Assembly (NCBI GenBank): GCA_964057225.1 | Contig: OZ059897.1 | Coordinates: forward strand, 12,586,001-12,650,000 | Direction: 5' to 3' | Source: Auanema rhodensis | Lineage: Eukaryota > Animalia > Nematoda | Length of the DNA: 64,000 bases | Shown: one piece after another, positions 55,612-64,000 of the stretch | Numbering within the stretch: position 1 is the first letter of the stretch | Layout of the letters: each line of letters opens with the position of its first letter | The notes under the pieces: generated by a model | The model's database searches: none | The model's input: the letters and a program-made list of their open reading frames with translations, nothing else | Told to the model about the DNA's origin: nothing | Program-made: the position numbers and the translations under genes

Positions 55612-57312
55612 TTAAAGATCATCGGTTATTTCCATGTCATCAACAACATCCAACTCTTTACTGGTTTTCTGAACATCTTCTTTAACCAATTCGCGTAAAT
55701 CTTCTAATGCTTCCTAAAAAACAAATTTAGATTTGGTTACGAAATTGTGACACTAACGCTGCTAATCCATCCTTTTGTAGGAATATCAACAGCATTACTA
55801 TAATCTTTCTTAAGAAGCATTTCTGCTTGGGGTAATTCAATATCAACAATACTGTACCACATTTGTCTTACTCTAGGTAGTTTTCCTAAAACCAGTTCCA
55901 ATTAGTATAACACAAAAAAAAAGATAGAAACCTGGTTGATAGACATAGTTTATCGGTTCATATTCAGAAAATCCTGCCCTTTCCGTTGAAACTTTTAGTC
56001 GTTGTCGTTCGGGAATCTTTGTATGTTGCCTAAACAAGGACTTATATATAGAGATGTATATGAAATTCAAAACAAACCTGAAAGTTACCATAAGAGTTTG
56101 ATACTTTTTAGCTGATAAATCTAGTCGAGGATCATAGCCAAACTTACACCATAAACGCCCCCAAGGACCCGAAGCAACATAAAACGCAAATTTTTGTAAT
56201 AACGATCTAAATTAACTTGATTTGAAAAAAAATTAAAATTTACAAAGTACTTTAATAAATTATCGTCTAGTCCAGTTTTATATTGAATAGCAACTCTGGT
56301 CCACATCGGTCGTTCTTGGAATATTTTTTCTAGCATTTTATGTGGCTCTTCGTTTTTGCATCTATTTCCAATATAATTAAAGAGCGTAGTTAGTATCAAA
56401 AATTACCTGAAGTTAGCGTCATTCACAGCATCCTCGGATGGTGCTGATGGAAATTCGTCTTCAGCATGAACATTAACAGATAAAGCTTTTCTTTCTACCC
56501 GTAAATCTTAAAATAATCCAGAAACGTTATATATTCTTTTTTCAAATTTACTTTGTCCATGACCAACTTTCTTCTTTGTTTTTTCTATACTGATATCAGT
56601 TTCTCGATGCAAAATTTTTGTAGACGGTGAATTATATCTGTAACAATTTAATATAAAAATTATTTGCTTTTCATACTTACCGGCTAAACTGATAAGGAGG
56701 TAAAAATAGTTGGGTGTATCCAGGCAACTTATCTTGTTTCTCCCACCAGCATAAGGCGGAAGGTAAGTCCAAAGGAATTAAGCGAGGAATAAGATCATCA
56801 TGAATATCCGTATTTAATCTTTTTTTTACTGGCAAATATTGAAAATCGCACATTGAATCAAAGTCATAAACCATTGATATCTAAGGAAAAAAATAATTTA
56901 TAAGTAAACAAAATACAAATACCAATCCTAAACATTTCGTTTCAACAACTTCTGGATTTTTCTTTTTTCGTCGTACTTTCATAACAAGCCTCAGAGTTCC
57001 CGATGTTACCTAAACTGAACAGTCTATAACTTTTGAATTGATGTTACTCACTTTAGCATCTATTTTTCTATCGGCAACTAGACAACTTGTATAAGGATTT
57101 TCGGGAGTATGTCTTAACTCTAATGGTCTTCCAGCAAAATGATTCTGAAGAGCAGATACTTATAATTATAATAACGATCTGATTACTTGAGACATTTGAT
57201 TTAATCCTCCAAGAGTTTCCAAACCTCGCTCCAAATTTTCAATAATTCCTGGGTACTGTACTAAAACCAATTCATTTAGAGCTAATGGTTCATCATTGAA
57301 TTGTGAAATCAT
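55612..57312 (-). CDS. tftc-5: General transcription factor IIIC subunit 5 (GTF3C5/Tfc1/tau95)
   Basis: N-terminal VQYPGIIENLERGLETLGG, YDFDSMCDFQYLP, LPPYQFSR, FQERPMWTR, and GPWGRLWCKFGYDPR are tau95 hallmarks. ATG directly follows ttcttcag. Confidence 0.9.
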
Positions 57313-57468
57313 CTGAAGAATTTTTTTTTATTAATTTGTTCATTATGTGCAATAAATATGAAGACGATGAAAACGGTTATTGTTCCATTAATACAAAAAG
57401 TTTAATGCAAAGTTTCAAGATTGATGATTATTTACAAAGCTAAACGATATAGGTAAGATATGCAACAT

Positions 57469-59120
57469 TCAAACAAATAAAATTCTGTTGATTTGATAGT
57501 AAGGATAAGCTCTAAAAGATCCAATTTTCACTCCATGGGAGAAATTGAACTCTGCGAAACATTCATCACAAAACAATACTGAGGGAGCTGGAAGACGTTC
57601 ACACTCTTCTACACGATAACTGTAATAACGTCGTCAAATTAAAATAATTAAACGTACAAACATACGTAGCATAATTCTGTTTGCAACCAGCACACTTAGC
57701 GTCTCCACCTTTCTCATAAGCAAGAATAGGATATTTAGCAATGTCCTGAACATAAAAAAATGAATAAATAAGAAAGAAACACAGTAGTTAACCTGTACAT
57801 CCGATTTATGCATCAGTCTAAGATCGTGGAATATCAGAAGATGCTCACAAGTTCCGGAATGTTGAAAAATATAAGGTTGTCCTAGTCTTAAATTAAATAA
57901 TATTTTGGATTAATTTTGTCTTCTTTACCGTAATTTTAAATCAATAATTTTAACATCAGCCATAGGTTGATGAAAAACTTGATCAAAGCATTTTTTCCTG
58001 CTCATAAACTCACGTATAGGTCTGAAAATTACAATAAAATGTGGTTCAGTTCAAATATATGCTCACTTTGATATATCCTCGTTTCGAGGGTTACTGTAGT
58101 CAATATAAAAAACGTCGTTGATAAAAATGAAAGATGATGGATACTGCATCATGGTAGAATATTGCATATCATAAGGTTCTAACTCTTTCCCTTCTTCTAA
58201 CGGCACAATCATATCCGATACACATTTCTGAAATATAAATACTGAGAAAATAACAGAGTAAAACATTACTAATTGTTTCCTTAAACTATCTAGTGTACTC
58301 TCTCCACGAAGCACGAACTTGGAATGAGGTTGCATCTATACAAAAAGATAAACACAAGTAACAAATACGCAACTTACTATTCGACTACACCTAGCTTCTT
58401 GATGAGACAATATTTTATTATTAGGAACAATAGCACTTACTGTAATTATTATGTCTTTTTTTGTTACTTGGTTCCATTGCGGCATTTCTCTTCGTAGCTG
58501 AAATGATCATATGCTAGCAAGTAATTGAAGCTACTGAAACCAACACCAAGAGCATAGTCTTCAAACTTGTCATACTTCATAGTTCTCAAATAATTTGATT
58601 TCTTTTGAGGATTTTGCATGAGTTTTAAATTTTTCTCTACGTGACTGAATTTAAAATTTTTAAAAAAAATTGCCATAATGTGGTCTACCTATGAACTCGA
58701 ATCTTTTCTGGTCTTAAATTTTCACTAACATCATCCTGCATATCATCATCATATAATTTTCTCGGATTATACTCTCCGTCAATCAAATTGTTTAAACTAA
58801 AACAATTACATAAATATTGCATCTATACAGACTTCTTACGATATTTCCTTTTCAAAAATATGCTTAGCGGCTTTTTCTGAGCATCCAGAATATTCAACAA
58901 AATCATGTACTAGTTGCAACGCATGATAATCTTCTTCTTTGAGCACGACATCAGACGTAGGTCTGCCTAGGGCACCTGAACAATCAGGTATAACAATTTT
59001 AATGGCACCAAACTCACTTCGTAGGGTAAAATCAGTTTGCCAAGCTTCCTCTAAAAATTCACGAAGGTTTATAATCGGGGATATGAACCATTGTTCATCA
59101 GATTTGAACTTCCGATCCAT
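57469..59120 (-). CDS. snpc-3: snRNA-activating protein complex subunit 3 (SNAPC3/SNAP50)
   Basis: FVLRGESTLDSLR, SSFIFINDVFYID, LRLGQPYIFQHSGTCEHLLIFHDLRL, and C-terminal CAGC...FCDECF zinc finger (zf-SNAP50_C). Exact paralog not assignable. Confidence 0.9.
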
Positions 59121-59239
59121 CGTTCTGACTTGAATTTAGACCATTTTCTGACTCAGCAACAAGTAAACCCGTATATGAAGCTAAATTTCAAACATAATTT
59201 CAGAGTATACGCCTTTGCACAACATTTGCGCTTAGCTAC

Positions 59240-59253
59240 TTGGCGCGTTTGAA
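59240..59253 (+). promoter_or_regulatory. Putative E2F site plus CHR element in the bidirectional snpc-3/prp-21 promoter
   Basis: TTGGCGCG (59240-59247) is immediately followed by TTTGAA (59248-59253), within the 234-bp gap between the divergent ATGs. Confidence 0.4.
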
Positions 59254-59354
59254 GGGTGAAGTTCAAAAATTTATTAGACGCAACATCGTTTTAGATATAT
59301 TAAGCTTGATTTTTTTTGCATATTCATTTTCATCAAAAATTATAGTCCATCAAG

Positions 59355-61995
59355 ATGGTTCTGGCTCCGGTAGTTTCCAATCGTGAAGAAGATTCTATGA
59401 ATAATGAACCTTCTCTCAGTGGTAAAAGTATTATTGGTTTAATTTACCCCCCACCAGATATTCGAAGTAAGTTACATTTCTATAGTCAATTGCTCAAGTA
59501 TTTATATAATTCATTTCAATTTTGTTTTTTAAAGCTATTGTTGACAAGACAGCATCTTTTGTTGCACGTAATGGTACAGAGTTCGAAAACAAAATTAGAG
59601 AAAAAGAATCAAATAATCCTAGATTCAGCTTTTTGAGTCCAACAGATCCATATCATGCTTATTATCGGCATAAGGTTTGCAATTATAAGTTTAATCATGA
59701 TATTAAATTTTAATTTTTATAGGTAAAAGATTGTCAAGAAGGAAAAAATGACATTGCTCCTGCTCCCAAGCCTGTTGTGCCTGATGCAGTAAAAGAAGCT
59801 ATAAAAAAGGCAGAGTTTGTTCCTACTAAAGCTCCACCTGCGTTCGAATTTAGTGCTGATCCTGCTACCATTAATGCTTATGACTTGTAAGTTTCATTTT
59901 TTCTCTCAACAGTATTAATTCCTTTTCAGGGATTTGATCCGCACTACAGCTATATTTGTTGCGAGAAATGGACGACAATTCTTGACTCAAGTTATGACAA
60001 GAGAAGCTAGAAATTATCAATTCGACTTTTTAAAACCTGCTCATTCAAATTTTAGTTACTTCACTAAATTGGTTGAACAGTACACTAAGGTATCATCAGT
60101 ATCATTACTTTTTTTTATATATTATTTAGGTTATTATCCCACCAAACAATATTATATCTACTTTGGCCTCTGATAAAAACAGTTCGAAAGCGTTAATGGA
60201 GGAAATCAAATATCGTGTAGCTTGGGAAAAACATCAGAAGACATTGAAAGATAAAGAGGAGAAAGAAGCCGAAAAGGTTCTTAATGAAGACTTATGAAAG
60301 TTAATTAGTGATTTAAAGGAACGATTGGCATATGCTGCGATTGATTGGCATGATTTTGTTGTTGTTCAGACTGTAGACTTTCAACCTGGAGATAATGGTA
60401 ATGTTAATTTCTGAATAATAACACATATTCTAATTTAAGCAAATCTACCTGGATTATGTACTCCTTCGGATGTTGGTGCTAGAATTCTTTTAGAACAGAG
60501 ACAAGAAATGAATAAAACAGCTGGTGAAGCTGTTGAAATGGATATGGAAGAATCTGATAGTGAGGATGAAAGTGATCAAGGAAAATCAGAGGTATCTGGT
60601 AAAATAACTTTACTTATTTGATTTTTTCCATATAGGTTGTTCAACCAGAAGTTATTCGACCAACTCCGGAGTTCACTGCACCTCTGCCACCTACAAAACA
60701 AAAAGATATTATCGTTCGCGATTACGATCCAAAAAGTAGAAACTTTTCAAGATTTGTATATATTTTATCTTTTTAGCAATGCACAAAACGAAAAAGGCTA
60801 CCGAGAAATATCTTATTTCTCCTCTTACTGGAGAGAGAGTGCCTTCAGACAAATTGGAAGAACACGTCAGGTATGTTTTATATTCAGCCTTGTTTATTAC
60901 TATATTCACTTAAGATATAATACTGTTGATTCTCAATATTTGGAAGGCCGCGATCGCTTTGCTAATGATCGTGCTACAGATGAACCAGTTCTTGCTCCTG
61001 GTGCTGATATTAGTCGTAATCTTGGAAAGTGAGTTCATTGCAAATTTTAAAATTTATTCGATTCATTTTCAGCTTCGCTGAACGTCGTTCTGATATTTTC
61101 GGTGTTGGAGCTGCTGGAGCTGAGCAGACAGTTATTGGAAGAAAATTGGGTGAAGAAGAACAGGCTCCTATGAATACGAAGGTTTCCATCCCATTGTTCT
61201 CATTTCCTATATTTTTATTTTTTAGCATATATGGGATGGCTCTGAAGAAACTAGAGAAATACACACACAAAGGGTTCAAAATCAAATCACTCTTGGTATT
61301 AATAAAATTAATATATGGATATTAAATAGTAATATCTTTTCAGATCAACAAATTCATGAAATTCAACGACAACATGGCTATATTCAGGACCCGTCGAAAG
61401 AACGTATTGGAGCGCAGCCTATTCCTAAACCTGTAAGTTAGTGATTAGGGAGAGTTTTACATTTGTTATAGCCCCCACCAAGCGCTGCTGCTTTGCCAAT
61501 CCCACAGCGTGCTCCAGTTCCACGTCCACCTCCAGCTGCTGTATCTGCTCCCCCACCCATGAACGAAGGACCTCCAGCCAAACGTCAAAGAACAGAAGAT
61601 GACTTAGAGCCTGAAAATTCTTGGCTGGAACGAGTGTCTGGAATTGTAGATCTTCGAATTCAACTACCTGTTGCTCCTGATCTCGGTATGGACGGTTCTA
61701 TAATTGCTCTTCAAATTGATATAAAATCAACTGTAAGTGAAGAAAGTTTGAGTTGCACATAGTGTTTGGTTTTCAGGTTGGAGAGATGAAACAAAAAATC
61801 CAGGAAGTTAGTAATATGCCAATAGCTAAGCAAAAACTTAATTTTGATGTAAGCTGTAATTTTTTATTTAACATTTATTAAAAATAATTTCAGGGATTCT
61901 TCTTGAAAGACCAACTGTCTCTTGCATTTTATAATTTAAATAATCTTTCGTTGGTAACTGTTCAAGTTAAAGAAAGAGGAGGAAAAAATAAATAA
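59355..61995 (+). CDS. prp-21: Splicing factor SF3A1 (SF3a120/Prp21)
   Basis: IIGLIYPPPDIR, two SURP domains (IVDKTASFVARNG; LIRTTAIFVARNGRQFL), YAAIDWHDFVVVQT, ERRSDIFG, and a C-terminal ubiquitin-like domain ending KERGGKNK*. Confidence 0.96.
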
Positions 61996-62890
61996 GTATT
62001 TTTTGTTGTGTTATTGTCTCATAATCTAATTTACTATAATTTCTCACCTCGATATTTGTTTTAGTAAGTTGTCATGTTCTTTGGCACAGATAAATATGTT
62101 CCTTCAACACTCTACTTGTTTGAAACAAATGATCACTTCTGTATTATTGCTTTGATTTTTTGTTTTTTGTACCATTTCCAATTTCTTTATGAGCATTTCC
62201 AATGTGATACTTGCAAGTTTTCGCACTGGCAAACAACATGAGGATATACTACAGAGAATGCGAATGGTGTTTTTATACATAATCTTATCTATGTACTCTT
62301 CCTCTAGTGGGATGCCCAATTATATATTTCATTACATCTTACGTACATGTTAATAGTTATGTTGTAGAAAAGCTTGTGAAAACATTGCAATCTTCCTAAC
62401 TCTTCCGAGAAAAGAAGAAAAACAGAAATTCTTGATAAATGTGACGAAGCTCTTGTTAATTCTTTTTAGACGATAACACATTGTTGCCTTCTCGTTAATA
62501 AACAGTTTCAAGCATAATCTGATATATAAGCAAATGGTGAAGCTCTGTTGAATAATATCCAAAAAAAGAAAAATATAATATATTGAATTTGATTATTTTA
62601 CAAAAAAACAATTTAAAGGTGAATTTGTTGTTAAATGATATCATTATAGTTATGTACATAAGTGTTTTAAAGTAATAGAGACAGAATATATATAACTATA
62701 TACAAGAAAAAAACTTAAACCAAACACAGAAAGACATACAAAGACAACTGCAAAATAAATATTGGAGCAAAAAAAAATTAACAAGAAACAGAGTTATGCC
62801 TTTAGTATGAGGTGTCAGTATAACATGTTTTTTAATAACATATTGACTCTTGGAGCATAATCTTAAAGAATAATAAGTTTTCTTATGTTT

Positions 62891-64000
62891 TTAAAGTGTT
62901 CGAGCTCGAGGTTTTGTAGCATCAATATCGAGATCCATAGGTTCAGTAGTAGTAGTAGTAGTAGTAGTCTGTGATAACGTTCTCGGTCTTCCGTACAACA
63001 ATTCAGAATCATGTACAGTTGTTCTATCAAGATCATCAGCTCTGAAGAAAAAGCGATAAATAATCCTATTTCACGGTCTTCGTTTCCTCGTGATGAGGGT
63101 TTGATATTTTTAGTTTTTAAGAGAATGGAAGAACCAGAAGAAGGTAGTTATCAATGATCTGATAAGCATACCATATAGGATAAACAAATAAAGGAAGACA
63201 AATGAAAAAATAGTAAGATAAGGTGAAATGAAATAGCCTCTTTCCATGAAATGGACACGAAATTTACTATACGAAGTAGAGAATTTCAAAATGATAAGTA
63301 AATTAAATTTCAACTTCGCTTTCACTTTTATGACTCTGAATATTCATATAGTATCTCACACTTACTTATTTACTTCAATATTTTGATGCCGTTTGATGTG
63401 TTTCTCCAGCATAGCTGGTGATTTTGCAACATGTCTACAGAATTGGCATTTACGTGTTCCTAAATAAGATATGGAATTAGGTATCGAATTTCCGTAAATT
63501 GTTTTACCTTGATCAATAGTGGTTGGCAAAGCAATACCGTGTCTGTAGTACTTATGGAAATGAATGTAACGAGCTTCTCTTGTTGTGAATTGACAGCCAG
63601 CAATATCACATCTAAAATATAGTGTTATTTGAAAAGTTGTAAGCTTGAAAATATTACTTGATTGGTGGATTTCTGTGATAAATTGTAACGTGATAGGAGA
63701 CAGAGTTATATCTACCATATACTTTTTTGCATACTGTACATCTAAATCCTTGTTCAGTTTTCTCAATGTATTTTTTGTTTCGACACCATCCTAAGAAATC
63801 CGATTCATTTGCATTTTCTATGAAAAATATTTACCTTCGTTATCTGTGCTTGGAATGATCACGTCTCCCATATTGTCATATGGTTCATCAACGTCAGCCG
63901 AGTTCGAAGGCTTACGATCCCGTGATTTTTTCTTAGTGACTTTATCTTCAGCAACCATTTCAACTTGTTGAGCATGGCTCATGTTATTCAATGCCAAAAT
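62891..64000 (-). CDS. C2H2 zinc-finger protein, 3' end (5' part outside the window)
   Basis: CDIAGCQFTTREARYIHFHKYYRH and CQFCRHVAKSPAMLEKHIKRH fingers. The last exon ends ...KPRARTL with TAA at 62893-62891. Confidence 0.85.

Noticed and set aside
62104-62562. Two ~70-aa minus-strand ORFs between prp-21 and the zinc-finger gene
   Set aside because: Non-ATG starts, and no consistent splicing or motif; probably UTR or intergenic.

Overview
Eukaryotic, very AT-rich genomic DNA with many short (about 40-60 nt) GT-AG introns and TTTCAG-type acceptors. The gene content indicates a rhabditid (probably clade V) nematode. From left to right: (1) the 3' half of perlecan unc-52 (+, <494-20875), with tandem Ig exons, a pair of apparently mutually exclusive half-Ig exons, a medium-isoform basic tail, a GC-AG donor leading to the long LamG/EGF isoform and an acidic/Thr/His-rich insert; (2) nested antisense in the 5.6-kb unc-52 intron and absent from the ORF track, a 4-exon, 101-aa neuropeptide-type precursor (signal peptide plus four KR-flanked repeats of FxxD[FYL]Yx[LM]Lx[KR]YQ); (3) a secreted Cys-rich protein; (4) a small membrane-protein gene with a frame anomaly; (5) on the minus strand, a TWK two-pore K+ channel whose reading frame can be spliced without a break through an ~865-aa tail ending in a conserved nematode domain (recalled as DUF7747; CG-1-like by eye), followed by a tandem stand-alone paralog of that domain; (6) a mariner remnant; (7) methionine synthase metr-1; (8) a probable snpc-3/tftc-5 operon head-to-head with prp-21; (9) the 3' end of a C2H2 zinc-finger gene. 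All gene models were spliced by hand from splice signals and frame phase. No database search was run, and family names come from recalled motifs.
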